Shown piece after piece: positions 40,479-50,822 of a stretch of 64,000 nucleotides of DNA (its first letter is position 1; each line of letters starts with the position of its first letter). The stretch comes from an uncultured Colwellia sp. (lineage in GTDB: Bacteria > Pseudomonadota > Gammaproteobacteria > Enterobacterales > Alteromonadaceae). The position numbers and the translations under genes are program-made. The notes below the pieces were generated by a model. That model saw only the letters and a program-made list of their open reading frames with translations. It did not search any database and was not told the origin of the DNA. Location: assembly GCA_964022585.1 (NCBI GenBank), contig CAXIBS010000002.1:5102-69101 (forward strand), read 5' to 3'.

Positions 40479-41909
40479 ATGAGTAACGAAATCAAAACTC
40501 AAGTAGTAGTATTAGGTGCAGGCCCTGGCGGCTATTCTGCAGCATTTCGCGCAGCAGATTTAGGTTTAGATGTTGTATTAGTAGAAAGCCGTGAAACGCT
40601 TGGTGGCGTTTGTTTAAATGTAGGTTGTATTCCTTCAAAAGCATTATTACACGTGGCTAAAGTTATTGATGATGCAGCAGCGATGGCATCTCATGGTGTT
40701 ACTTTTGGTGCACCTCAAATTGATTTAGATAAAATTCGTGACTGGAAAGAAAGCGTAATTGGTCAATTAACAGGCGGTTTAGGCGGAATGGCTAAACAGC
40801 GTAAAGTTAAAACTGTATTTGGCTACGGTAACTTCACATCAGATAAAACAATTGAAGTAGAAGGCCCAGACGGTAAAACAACAATCACTTTTGATAATGC
40901 TATTATCGCAGCAGGTTCTTCAGTGGTAGATCTTCCATTTATTCCTAAAGATGACCCTCGAGTAATCGATTCTACTGGCGCATTAGAGCTTAAAGATGTA
41001 CCAGAAGAAATGCTTGTTCTTGGTGGTGGTATTATCGGTTTAGAAATGGGTACGGTATATTCTGCATTAGGTTCAAACGTATCTGTTGTTGAATTTGCTG
41101 ACCAATTAGTACCAGCAGCTGACAAAGATATTGTTCGTGTTTATAACGCTTACAACAAGAAAAAATTCAACATCATGCTTTCAACGAAAGTGACTGCTGT
41201 TGAAGCAAAAGATGACGGTTTATGGGTTACTTTTGAAGGTAAGAAAGCGCCGAAAGAACAAGTACGCTACGACAAAATTTTAGTTGCTGTTGGTCGTAAG
41301 CCTAACGGTCACTTAGTTTCTGCTGATAAAGCGGGTGTTAATGTAGATGAGCGTGGTTTCATTAATGTAACTAACGAACTTCGTACAAACGTTCCTCACA
41401 TTTTCGCTATCGGTGATGTTGTTGGCCAACCAATGCTTGCGCATAAAGCTGTTCATGAAGCACATTGTGCTGCAGAAGTTATCTCAGGTAAGAAACATAC
41501 TTTCGAACCACGTTGTATTCCTTCAATTGCTTATACTGATCCAGAAATGGCTTGGGTTGGCGTTACAGAACGTGAAGCTAAAGAAGAAGGCTTAAGCATT
41601 GAAGTTGCTAACTTCCCATGGGCTGCTTCAGGTCGTGCTATCGCTTCTGCACGTACTGAAGGTAAAACTAAGCTAATTTTTGAAAAAGAAACTGGCCGCG
41701 TTTTAGGTGGTGCTATTGTTGGTATCAATGCTGGTGAAATGTTAGGTGAAATTTGTCTAGCCGTTGAAATGGGCGCAGATGCTGAAGATGTTGGTTTAAC
41801 TATTCATGCTCACCCTACTTTAAATGAGTCTATTGGTTTAGCAGCTGAAATCTTTGAAGGTTCAATTACTGATTTACCAAATGCTAAAGCAGTAAAAAAG
41901 AAAAAATAG
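40479..41909 (+). CDS. lpdA: Dihydrolipoamide dehydrogenase E3
   Basis: GAGPGG, CLNVGCIPSK, HAHPT motifs. Confidence 0.98.
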   Translation: MSNEIKTQVVVLGAGPGGYSAAFRAADLGLDVVLVESRETLGGVCLNVGCIPSKALLHVAKVIDDAAAMASHGVTFGAPQIDLDKIRDWKESVIGQLTGGLGGMAKQRKVKTVFGYGNFTSDKTIEVEGPDGKTTITFDNAIIAAGSSVVDLPFIPKDDPRVIDSTGALELKDVPEEMLVLGGGIIGLEMGTVYSALGSNVSVVEFADQLVPAADKDIVRVYNAYNKKKFNIMLSTKVTAVEAKDDGLWVTFEGKKAPKEQVRYDKILVAVGRKPNGHLVSADKAGVNVDERGFINVTNELRTNVPHIFAIGDVVGQPMLAHKAVHEAHCAAEVISGKKHTFEPRCIPSIAYTDPEMAWVGVTEREAKEEGLSIEVANFPWAASGRAIASARTEGKTKLIFEKETGRVLGGAIVGINAGEMLGEICLAVEMGADAEDVGLTIHAHPTLNESIGLAAEIFEGSITDLPNAKAVKKKK

Positions 41910-41948
41910 TCTATTGATTTAGCTTCCAAGCTAAAACATAAGCATACT

Positions 41949-41986
41949 AAGCCAGATAACTATTCTTAATAGTATCTGGCTTTTTT
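41949..41986 (+). terminator. Rho-independent terminator after lpdA
   Basis: AAGCCAGATA...TATCTGGCTTTTTT. Confidence 0.8.
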
Positions 41987-42004
41987 ATTCCCTATGTTTA
42001 ATGA

Positions 42005-42622
42005 TTAATCATTATATCCCCATGGGGTAACTGGCTGCTCAACCGTTTTTGTTAAATCAAAATCGACCCTAAACTCCCTTCCCGGCCGAGTTAACCTATA
42101 GGTAAATTTTTCAGGGTAAATATACATGTGCCATGTATTTTCAATTGATTGGGGAATCCCCTGATTAACAAATAATGCTTTTGAATATTGATCCGCAGGG
42201 AATGCTTGCACTTGCGGCCAGCCAGTTTCAATAGTGTGCCCTCCATACATGGTAGACACATCACTACTGCCATCATTGTGGCGATGATCATGCTTTAAAC
42301 TCAAACCACTACCTGTTTTAGTAATCAACCAAGTTCTTGAAGCATTCTCTCCAACATGAAAAGGTATCTGTAATTGGTTATCTGTGCATTTTCTTATATG
42401 CATAACTAATTTACTGGTATTAAAGCTACTTGGCGGTGCATTATCTACAACAACTTTTCCTTCGAAAGACTTACCACAAAGAGATTTTAACTTATTAAAA
42501 AAAGCATCTTGGCTAGTAATTGACACTAAGGACGCATTTGCTAGGCTGTTCGCAGAAAACAACATTAAGCTCGCAAATGTTAAGGTGTTTGCATAAGTAG
42601 ATATTTTCATTGTAGTCCTCAA
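42005..42622 (-). CDS. Conserved hypothetical secreted protein
   Basis: Signal peptide; LKHDHRH.DG, YGG, PWG motifs; true start probably ATG 42610. Confidence 0.7.
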   Translation of the reverse strand: MRTTMKISTYANTLTFASLMLFSANSLANASLVSITSQDAFFNKLKSLCGKSFEGKVVVDNAPPSSFNTSKLVMHIRKCTDNQLQIPFHVGENASRTWLITKTGSGLSLKHDHRHNDGSSDVSTMYGGHTIETGWPQVQAFPADQYSKALFVNQGIPQSIENTWHMYIYPEKFTYRLTRPGREFRVDFDLTKTVEQPVTPWGYND

Positions 42623-42844
42623 ACTTCACTCTAAATAAAAGACGTCTACTATAACTAAAAAACAACCAGTTAAAATGATAGCTTTATAATTAGTTAAGAG
42701 TGAAGGTTATTAAAAATGGTCTAAGGTGTTTTCCCACCTTTACACTTTTATTTCAATCTTACTTTCAAATTAGTTAATCCTCTTTTTCCAAAAGAGTTTC
42801 TATTTTATACTGCGAACCTTGTCTATTAACTTACTGAGAAAAGT

Positions 42845-45559
42845 TTGAAAATGCTATTTAAAAGTCTCGCGAATAAGCCTGTTTTAATCGTTCTGTCGAT
42901 ATTGTTACTTAATGGGTGTCAATTAACCCAAAGTGATAATAATGCTGCTAAACAATCTATTAAAAAAATAACAAAAACAGCGAGTGTTTTACCCCGTGAG
43001 GAAAATAAGTATTTATCTCAAGAACAAGCTTTTAAACGTTCTAAGCGAGTGTCTCAAGTAAATTATAAACTTAACTTCTCTTTAACCGGCGATGAAACCT
43101 TCACAGCAAGTTCAACGATAAACTTTACCTTGAATGATGCAAGTCAGCCGCTTACTGTCGACTTAAATGAAGCCCAGCTAGATGGTATTGTTATCAATGG
43201 AAAAAAGCTCTCTAAACAAGCGTTAAGTGAAAGCTATAATAATTGGTTTATTACGTTACCAGCAGCACAATTAACACAAGGTAAGAACTCTGTAACTATT
43301 GATTTTACCCGTAAGCACAGTACAAACGGCGAAGGACTGCATCGTTTTAAAGATCCTGTAGATGATCGAGTTTACCTATATTCTCACTTTGAACCTGCAG
43401 CAGCGCAACAAATGTTCGCCTTATTCGATCAACCAGATCTAAAAGCAAGCTTTGAAATGACCGTTTCTGCTCCAAAAGATTGGACAGTATTTTCTGCAAT
43501 GCGAGAAGATAATATAACCAAACAAGGCGACTTTAATCTTTGGCATTTTCCGCAAAGTGAAATTTTAAGCCCTTACAATTTTTCTTTGCATGCTGGTCCA
43601 TACAGAATGTGGAAAGATAATAGTGGAAAATACCCATTACGTTTATTCACTCGCCAATCGGTTGCCAACCAAATAACACCTAAGCATTGGTTCACTTATA
43701 CTCAACAAGGTTTTGAGTTTTTTGATGACTATTTTGGCATTGACTATCCATTTAAAAAATACGATCAAGTATTAGTACCTGATTTTTTATATGGCGCTAT
43801 GGAAAATGCTGCTGCTATAACGTTTGCCGAAGGAAGCTTTTTAACCAATGGCGAAATGAGTCAGAGTCGAAGAGAGAGTTTAGCTAATGTAATTATGCAT
43901 GAAATGGCGCATCAATGGTTTGGTAATTTAGCCACCATGAATTGGTGGAACGGCTTATGGCTAAATGAAAGCTTTGCTGCCTTTATGGCCACTTTAGCCA
44001 CAAGCGAAGCAACTGAGTTTACCAATGCTTGGCGTACTTTTTATTCTCGCGGTAAGCAAAGTGCTTATCGTGCAGATCAGCGTGTAACAACTCACCCAAT
44101 AGAAGTACCGGTACCGTCAACTGCAAATGCTTTTGATAATATTGATGCTATTACTTATTCAAAAGGTGCTTCTGTACTTAACCAGCTTCGCTATTTACTT
44201 GGTGAAAAAACATTCCAGCAAGGTATCCATAATTACCTTAGCGGAAATGCCTATAAAAATGCAGTATTAGATGACTTTATTGATAGCTTAGCCAAAGCCA
44301 GTGGTAAAGATTTAAGTCAATGGCAACAAAAATGGCTTTATCAAGCCGGTGTAAATACAATCGAAGCCAGTTATCAATGTGAAGCGGGTAAGATAAGTTC
44401 TTTTAACCTACTGCAAACGGCTGATGCAAGCCAACCAACATTACGAGAGCAAATAGTTCAAGTCGCGTTGTTTAAAGCAAAAAAACCGGGTTTTAATTTA
44501 ACGAAAAAGATCAGTGTTATTTATCAAGGAAAGAATACTCAAGTTAATGAATTAGTTGGCGAAGCTTGTCCTGACTTAGTTTATCCAAACTATCAAGATT
44601 GGGCTTTTGTGAAAGTAAACTTAGATGATCGTTCTTTTAAAACGACTAAAAACTATTTAGCACAAATTCAAGATCCACTATTGCGCTCCATGTTGTGGCA
44701 AAGTTTATGGGATAGTGTTCGCGATGGTAAATTACCATTAAATGAATACTTGCAGGTTGCATTAGCCAATGCACCACTAGAACAAGACTATACAACGCTA
44801 GGTCAAATTTTAGGGCAGATTTCTTCAGCTAAAGTTTACCTAAACAAAGGATTAGGTAGTCAACATGCTTATGTAAAAGATATTGCTCAACAATTAGAAG
44901 AAATAACATGGCAAAGTACACTATACAATACCGATAGTAAAAACAGACAACGTAGTTGGTTTAACAGTTACATAAACTTTGCCCACAGCGAAAGTGCCTT
45001 AGATAATCTATATAAGTTGCTTAAGGGGCAGCATTCCTTAGAAGGGCTAACCATAAGTCAGGATATTCGTTGGGATATAATCGCACAACTTAGCCGTTAT
45101 AATCACCCTAAAGCCGCTAAACTGATCGCTCAGGAGCTTAAAACAGATAGCTCTGATACAGGTGAAAAATCAGCGATTTTTGCACAAGTTATTGCGCCTG
45201 ATGCTAAAATAAAAGCTGACTGGTTAGCAAAAATTCAGCAAAAGAATTCTACTATTGGTTTCTCTAAATTACGCACAGCCATGGCTGCACTTTATCCTAG
45301 TGAACAAAATAACTTTAATGAGCAAAATGCTGCGCAGTTTATGTTAAGTTTAACTGAAATGGATCAAGCCAATGGCCCTGTATTCATGCGTAGTTATAAC
45401 AGCTTAATCCCTGCGACTTGTAGTGATGTAAGTGTTGCTAGGTTAGCAAAAGCAGTAAGTGAATTAAGCGACATTTCTGCAGGAACTAAACGTAGTTTAC
45501 TAATAAAGCAGCAGGAAGATCAGCGCTGTGTACTTATTAAAAATAAAGTGACTTTGTAG
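42845..45559 (+). CDS. pepN: Aminopeptidase N (M1 family), predicted lipoprotein
   Basis: GAMEN, HEMAH-x18-E, YSKG motifs; lipobox-like LNGC. Confidence 0.9.
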   Translation: MKMLFKSLANKPVLIVLSILLLNGCQLTQSDNNAAKQSIKKITKTASVLPREENKYLSQEQAFKRSKRVSQVNYKLNFSLTGDETFTASSTINFTLNDASQPLTVDLNEAQLDGIVINGKKLSKQALSESYNNWFITLPAAQLTQGKNSVTIDFTRKHSTNGEGLHRFKDPVDDRVYLYSHFEPAAAQQMFALFDQPDLKASFEMTVSAPKDWTVFSAMREDNITKQGDFNLWHFPQSEILSPYNFSLHAGPYRMWKDNSGKYPLRLFTRQSVANQITPKHWFTYTQQGFEFFDDYFGIDYPFKKYDQVLVPDFLYGAMENAAAITFAEGSFLTNGEMSQSRRESLANVIMHEMAHQWFGNLATMNWWNGLWLNESFAAFMATLATSEATEFTNAWRTFYSRGKQSAYRADQRVTTHPIEVPVPSTANAFDNIDAITYSKGASVLNQLRYLLGEKTFQQGIHNYLSGNAYKNAVLDDFIDSLAKASGKDLSQWQQKWLYQAGVNTIEASYQCEAGKISSFNLLQTADASQPTLREQIVQVALFKAKKPGFNLTKKISVIYQGKNTQVNELVGEACPDLVYPNYQDWAFVKVNLDDRSFKTTKNYLAQIQDPLLRSMLWQSLWDSVRDGKLPLNEYLQVALANAPLEQDYTTLGQILGQISSAKVYLNKGLGSQHAYVKDIAQQLEEITWQSTLYNTDSKNRQRSWFNSYINFAHSESALDNLYKLLKGQHSLEGLTISQDIRWDIIAQLSRYNHPKAAKLIAQELKTDSSDTGEKSAIFAQVIAPDAKIKADWLAKIQQKNSTIGFSKLRTAMAALYPSEQNNFNEQNAAQFMLSLTEMDQANGPVFMRSYNSLIPATCSDVSVARLAKAVSELSDISAGTKRSLLIKQQEDQRCVLIKNKVTL

Positions 45560-45670
45560 CTGCTATAGTTTAGAAAGAGAATGATAGTTAGAGGGTATGT
45601 ATTAATGATATACCCTCTTTCACTCTCTTTATTCGCTATTATTTTAAACTAAAGTTTTGCAGGTGTTTTA

Positions 45671-46021
45671 ATGAAAAAAATCTCTCAATTACTTTTGTGT
45701 ACCATACTCTTTTCCACAACATCCAGTTGCACTAGCTTACAGAAATCAATAGGCAGTGATAGCACTACTATGTGGGATTTTGACCATAATGTTCAATTTA
45801 AGAAAACCAAGTTGTCTGATAGGCAATTTACTCTAGAAGTTATTCCCAATAATAAAGTCGGCTTTGAGCAATTAGCTACTTTTTTACTGCGTAAATCTTA
45901 TAGTTTGTGTGGTGGTTACCATTACAAAATTGAGATGCTTCAAGGTATTGAAGGCTTTGATGATAAACGTGCTATGCCTAACTATATATTTCCCTCACTG
46001 ATTGCCAAAATTAAATGTTAA
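45671..46021 (+). CDS. Hypothetical small lipoprotein
   Basis: Signal peptide ending TSSC; RBS AGGTG. Confidence 0.65.
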   Translation: MKKISQLLLCTILFSTTSSCTSLQKSIGSDSTTMWDFDHNVQFKKTKLSDRQFTLEVIPNNKVGFEQLATFLLRKSYSLCGGYHYKIEMLQGIEGFDDKRAMPNYIFPSLIAKIKC

Positions 46022-46297
46022 TGCCGCTAGACATCAATAGTGCGATTATCTCAGCAAGAAAATAGCTCATATCAACTACTCTTCAAATAAGTAAAATATT
46101 AGGGTGTAGAAATAAGCCTCTTTTAATAAGTTGTTTAGATAATAAAATATAACGTCACTTTAGTGCATTGAAGACATTAGCCTAAGGTTTTTTTTCATAT
46201 ATTTTCTAATGAATTGATAAACTGATTTCTGCTTTGATATAGTCATTTAAAGATGCTAATTTGTCGGTGTCCTATCAATTCTATAATTATTGAGCAA

Positions 46298-47240
46298 TCA
46301 AGCTGGTGTTAAGCATTTAAGGAGTATCATGGCTAAAAGGATGTCTATTCCTAAAAAGGTTAAGGAAATTCTAAGGACAGAAGTAGGATTTGGCTGTCCT
46401 GTTCGAGATTGTGGTAATCCATATTTGGAATATCACCATTTTGATCCACCAGTTCACATTATTCCTCATAATAATCCAGATGGGATGATTGCATTATGTG
46501 CACAACACCATAAAAAAGCTGATGGAGGTGCTTATTCGAATGAACAGTTACATGAGTTCAAAAGGAATAAAGTTCATTCAAAAAGTGTACGAGGTAATCT
46601 TGATTGGTTGAGGCGTGACTTACTTTCTATAGTTGGTGGTAACTTATTTTATGAAACCCCAATAGCAGTTCAAATTGATGGTCATAATGTAGTTTCATTT
46701 AAGAGGGATTCTGAAGGATACCATAGGCTCAGTATTTGTATGTTGTCTTTATTGCCAGAAGAAAGAGTAATCATTGAAGAAAATTCTTGGGAAAATATTG
46801 GTAAACCGTTAGATCTTCGCTCTCCTCCTCAAGGTAAAGAGTTAGAGGCTAGTTATAATAACGGAGATTATTTATATTTAAAATTTTCAGAAGTGGTTGA
46901 TGAAATAGCTCTTCAAGAAAAATTTCATATATTACCTAGTGTGAGTACTGAGTTTAAGTTTCCAATCACTGTTGTAGAAATCAATTTTGCAATTGGTGGT
47001 AGCAATATAAATTTCTCCTCTAAAGGAACTCAAGCTTTTGGTCTTAGCGTAAAGCAAAGTGCCATAAGTCATTGTGGCGTCGGTTTTAGCTTAAATTATG
47101 GAATCGACTGGCAACAAAATCCGAAGTGGAAATTAGAAAAAAAATATGAGGTTCGTCTTGGGAATGTTATTAAAGTGGCATTCGGTAAATAATGTATAAG
47201 ACCTTTAAGCGGAGAAAAATAATTGGTTACGTTCCGCTGA
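46298..47240 (+). mobile_element. Probable integron gene-cassette fragment (orphan) with truncated attC-like ends
   Basis: GTTAAGC core-like site at 46308-46314 just before the RBS/ATG; after the stop, GTATAAGACCTTTAAGCGGAGAAAAATAATTGGTTACGTTCCGCTG resembles the left arm of an attC site. Confidence 0.55.
46329..47192 (+). CDS. HNH endonuclease-domain protein
   Basis: CPVRDC...EYHH...N...LCAQHHKK zinc/HNH motif; RBS AAGGAG before ATG 46329. Confidence 0.8.
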   Translation: MAKRMSIPKKVKEILRTEVGFGCPVRDCGNPYLEYHHFDPPVHIIPHNNPDGMIALCAQHHKKADGGAYSNEQLHEFKRNKVHSKSVRGNLDWLRRDLLSIVGGNLFYETPIAVQIDGHNVVSFKRDSEGYHRLSICMLSLLPEERVIIEENSWENIGKPLDLRSPPQGKELEASYNNGDYLYLKFSEVVDEIALQEKFHILPSVSTEFKFPITVVEINFAIGGSNINFSSKGTQAFGLSVKQSAISHCGVGFSLNYGIDWQQNPKWKLEKKYEVRLGNVIKVAFGK

Positions 47241-47374
47241 ATTGATGAAAACTCTAATCTAAACTTCAATTTAACATCAACTATTAATGACCGTAATATA
47301 TCACTAGTCACGTTAATCCTAGCTAACAAACACTAAGCAACACAATGAGTTTATTGTCATTGTATTCGAGAAAT

Positions 47375-47417
47375 AAAAAAGGGCTCCTTTACTTATTATA
47401 AGTAAAGGAGCCCTTTT
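47375..47417. terminator. Bidirectional Rho-independent terminator
   Basis: AAAAAAGGGCTCCTTTACTTAT-T-ATAAGTAAAGGAGCCCTTTT. Confidence 0.88.
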
Positions 47418-47451
47418 GTTTTGTTCTACTTAACTAATAAAAATAGCGAGC

Positions 47452-50250
47452 CTAGCTAGGATCTGCAATTCTTACTGCTGGTGTAGTTAGTGCTTCAGTT
47501 GGTGGTTCAAAACGAGTTAAATCGATACCTTCAACTGCAGACTTGTACTCATCCATAGTAGGGAAACGACCAAGCATAGTAGAAAGAACTACTAGTGGCG
47601 TTGAACCTAATAAAGATTCACCTTTCTTCTCTGCTGTATCAGCAACAACACGGCCTTGGAAAAGACGAGTTGAAGTAGCAATAACCGTATCACCTGGTTC
47701 AGCTTTTTCTTGGTTACCCATACATAAGTTACAACCTGGGCGTTCTAGGTATAAGATGTTTTCATACTTAGTACGTGCAGCATTTTTAGGTGATGCATCA
47801 TCAAATTCAAAACCAGCGTACTTCTCAAGTAATTCCCAGTCGCCTTCAGCTTTAAGTTCATCAACAATATTATACGTTGGTGGAGCAACAACTAACGGTG
47901 CATTAAATTCAATCTTCTGACCTTTAGCTTCCATGTTACGTAACATTTGCGCAATAATTTGCATATCGCCTTTATGTACCATACATGAGCCAATAAAACC
48001 TAAGTCTACTTTCTTGCCGTCATAGTGAGAAACTGGACGAATAACATCATGCGTATAACGCTTAGATACATCTTCGTTGTTTACATCTGGATCAGCAATC
48101 ATTGGCTCAGCGATAGCATCTAAATCAACCAATACTTCTGCGTAGTAGCTAGCAGTGTCGTCTGGTGCTAAAGCAGGGTTAGTACCTGATTTAACTTCTT
48201 CGATACGTTTGTCAGCTAGAGCAATTAAGCCACTAAGCGTTTTAGCTGGATTTTCCATACCCTTGTCGATCATGATTTGGATACGGCTCTTCGCAAGCTC
48301 AATAGACTGAATTAACGTTTCATCGTTTGAGATACAAACAGATGCTTTCGCTTTCATTTCAGCAGTCCAATCGGTAAACGTAAATGCTTGGTCAGCTAAT
48401 AATGTACCAATGTGTACTTCAATTACGCGACCTTGGAATACGTTTTCACCACCAAACTGCTTAAGCATTTGTGCTTGAGTAGCATGAACAATATCACGGA
48501 AATCCATATGATCAGCCATGTGACCTTTAAAGGTAACTTTTACTGATTCAGGAATTGGCATTGCAGATTCACCCGTAGCTAGTGCAATTGCTACAGTACC
48601 TGAGTCAGCACCAAAAGCTACACCCTTAGACATACGAGTATGAGAGTCACCACCGATGATGATAGCGCGGTCATCAATAGTAATATCATTCAATACTTTA
48701 TGAATAACATCAGTCATTGAATGGTAAACGCCTTTTGGATCACGTGCAGTGATTAAACCAAACGCGTTCATAAACGCCATTAACTTAGGAGTGTTTGCTT
48801 GTGCTTTGCTATCCCAAACAGAGGCAGTGTGACAACCTGATTGGAATGCACCATCAACACTTGGAGAGATAGTAGAAGCAGCCATTGCTTCTAATTCCTG
48901 ACACGTCATAGGACCTGTAGTATCTTGAGAACCAACAATGTTCACTTTTACACGAACGTTAGAGCCTGCATGTAATGGCGCTTCTGAAGCAACACCAACA
49001 GCATTACGGTTAAAGATTTTCTCTACCGCTGTTAAGCCTTGGCCTTCATGCGAGATTTCTTTAGATGCTGCGTAAACAACTGGTGCGTCAATACCTAAAG
49101 CTTCAGCTGCAAATGTTTGTAGTTTCTTACCGAAAGTTACAGCATAAGAACCACCCGCTTTCATAAACTCTTGCTTTTGCGGTGTGAATGCAGAAGAGAT
49201 ATCAGCAAGCTCTTGGTCACCGTTAAATAATTTCTGTGCTTTAGTATCGATAGTTAATACAGTACCTGTAGCAACTGAATACGCTTCTTCAAGCACTGCA
49301 TCGCCATTTGCATCAACAACTGCATTACCACTTGCGTCTACTTTCTTAACCCAGTTTTTAAGATCAAGACCAATACCACCTGTTACATCTACCGTTGTAA
49401 GGAAGATTGGCGCTATACCATTAGTACCAGCAACAATTGGTGCAAAGTTAATAAAAGGTACGTATGGGCTTGCTTTTTTACCTGTTAATAGTGCAACGTT
49501 GTTAACACCAGACATACGAGATGAACCAACACCCATAGTGCCTTTTTCAGCAATTAGCATTACTTTCGCGTTAGGATGCTTAGCTTGTAATTCTTTTATT
49601 TCTGCTTGAGCTTCTGGCGTGCTCATACATTGGCCATGTAATTCACGGTCAGCACGAGAATGAGATTGATGACCTGGAGATAATAAATCAGTAGAGATAT
49701 CACCTTCACCAGCAATACAAGTAACTACTTCAATTTTTTCTTCAATTTCAGGCAGCTTAGTGAAAAACTCTGCTTGTGCATAGCTTTCTAAAAGTTCTTT
49801 AGCAATTGCGTTGCCCGCTTTAAATGCAGCTTCAAGACGAGCTGTATCAGCGTCATATAAAAATACTTGTGTTTTTAATACGTCTGCAGCTTGAGTAGCT
49901 AACGCAGCGTTATCACCTAATGCTAAATCAAGTAATACTTCAATTGAAGGACCACCTTTCATGTGAGAAAGTAATTCAAACGCAAATTCAACTGAAATTT
50001 CTGCAACAACAGCTTCACCTAAAATAATTTCTTTTAAGAATTTAGCTTTTTCGCCAGCAGCACTAGTAGTACCAGGCAAAGTGTTATAAATGAAGAAGTT
50101 CAACGAATCTTCACGATTTGCATTCCCTTGATCTTTAATCTGCGCAATAATTTCCGCTAATAACTCAGCACTATCAATTGGCTTAGGCGCTAATCCTAGC
50201 TCCTCTTTACGACTTGCAATTTCTGCTATATATTCTAGGTACAGGCTCAT
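47452..50250 (-). CDS. Divergent long-type aconitate hydratase B / 2-methylisocitrate dehydratase
   Basis: TDLLSP, GSSR, GSQDTTGPMT, GGDSHTR, GSCM, PGCNLCMGNQ motifs. Confidence 0.9.
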   Translation of the reverse strand: MSLYLEYIAEIASRKEELGLAPKPIDSAELLAEIIAQIKDQGNANREDSLNFFIYNTLPGTTSAAGEKAKFLKEIILGEAVVAEISVEFAFELLSHMKGGPSIEVLLDLALGDNAALATQAADVLKTQVFLYDADTARLEAAFKAGNAIAKELLESYAQAEFFTKLPEIEEKIEVVTCIAGEGDISTDLLSPGHQSHSRADRELHGQCMSTPEAQAEIKELQAKHPNAKVMLIAEKGTMGVGSSRMSGVNNVALLTGKKASPYVPFINFAPIVAGTNGIAPIFLTTVDVTGGIGLDLKNWVKKVDASGNAVVDANGDAVLEEAYSVATGTVLTIDTKAQKLFNGDQELADISSAFTPQKQEFMKAGGSYAVTFGKKLQTFAAEALGIDAPVVYAASKEISHEGQGLTAVEKIFNRNAVGVASEAPLHAGSNVRVKVNIVGSQDTTGPMTCQELEAMAASTISPSVDGAFQSGCHTASVWDSKAQANTPKLMAFMNAFGLITARDPKGVYHSMTDVIHKVLNDITIDDRAIIIGGDSHTRMSKGVAFGADSGTVAIALATGESAMPIPESVKVTFKGHMADHMDFRDIVHATQAQMLKQFGGENVFQGRVIEVHIGTLLADQAFTFTDWTAEMKAKASVCISNDETLIQSIELAKSRIQIMIDKGMENPAKTLSGLIALADKRIEEVKSGTNPALAPDDTASYYAEVLVDLDAIAEPMIADPDVNNEDVSKRYTHDVIRPVSHYDGKKVDLGFIGSCMVHKGDMQIIAQMLRNMEAKGQKIEFNAPLVVAPPTYNIVDELKAEGDWELLEKYAGFEFDDASPKNAARTKYENILYLERPGCNLCMGNQEKAEPGDTVIATSTRLFQGRVVADTAEKKGESLLGSTPLVVLSTMLGRFPTMDEYKSAVEGIDLTRFEPPTEALTTPAVRIADPS

Positions 50251-50810
50251 TTGATACTCTCTCTCACTATAAAAATAAGATGCTAATTCAAGATGTTTTA
50301 CGATATTAAATTAGCAGGGATAAAAATTTTGCACCTATTCTACCTGATTTTTTGCTAACTCCTAATCATTTGCTTAAATAAGCACTATTCATAGTACTCA
50401 TAGCTATTAGAAATTATAGTTATGGCAGTTATACCGGTTATTAGCCCCATTAGTAACCGCTTTTATTAGGCTATCTCCATGCCAAAATCATCTTTATTTG
50501 TTCATACAATTAGCTAAGCACTATCTATTTGATCAGCACACAATATTTCTATCGCTAAAATTAAAATATTCCGAGAATGTTTACGTTATAAATACTGCAA
50601 GCTAAATCAAACAGATCTCAATTGTAAAAATTTCACTTAGCAAAGATGAATCAGCATAAGATTTCCGACAATATTTAAATCTCATAAAAATAGACTAGTA
50701 TTATAGTCGTACAAATAAAACGAGATAGCAACACAACCACCTGATAAATAAGCACTATAAACAAAAGACATATTAAAAATAAACAGCGCAACTATTAGCA
50801 GGTAACAATA

Positions 50811-50822
50811 AGTGTCGACAAT
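50811..50822. promoter_or_regulatory. Candidate PrpR-type (GntR) site upstream of acnB
   Basis: AGTGTCGACAAT, 11/12 to the palindrome ATTGTCGACAAT; a second copy ATTTCCGACAAT at 50661-50672. Confidence 0.5.

Noticed and set aside
42640-42647. Perfect single Met box AGACGTCT
   Set aside because: MetJ needs tandem boxes and the flanks do not match.
46021-47450. Complete integron or IS at the HNH locus
   Set aside because: No integrase, transposase, complete attC palindrome or clear target-site duplication is visible.
50621-50640. TGTAAAAATTTCAC as a HexR site
   Set aside because: Half-site spacing does not fit TGTAA-N5-TTACA.
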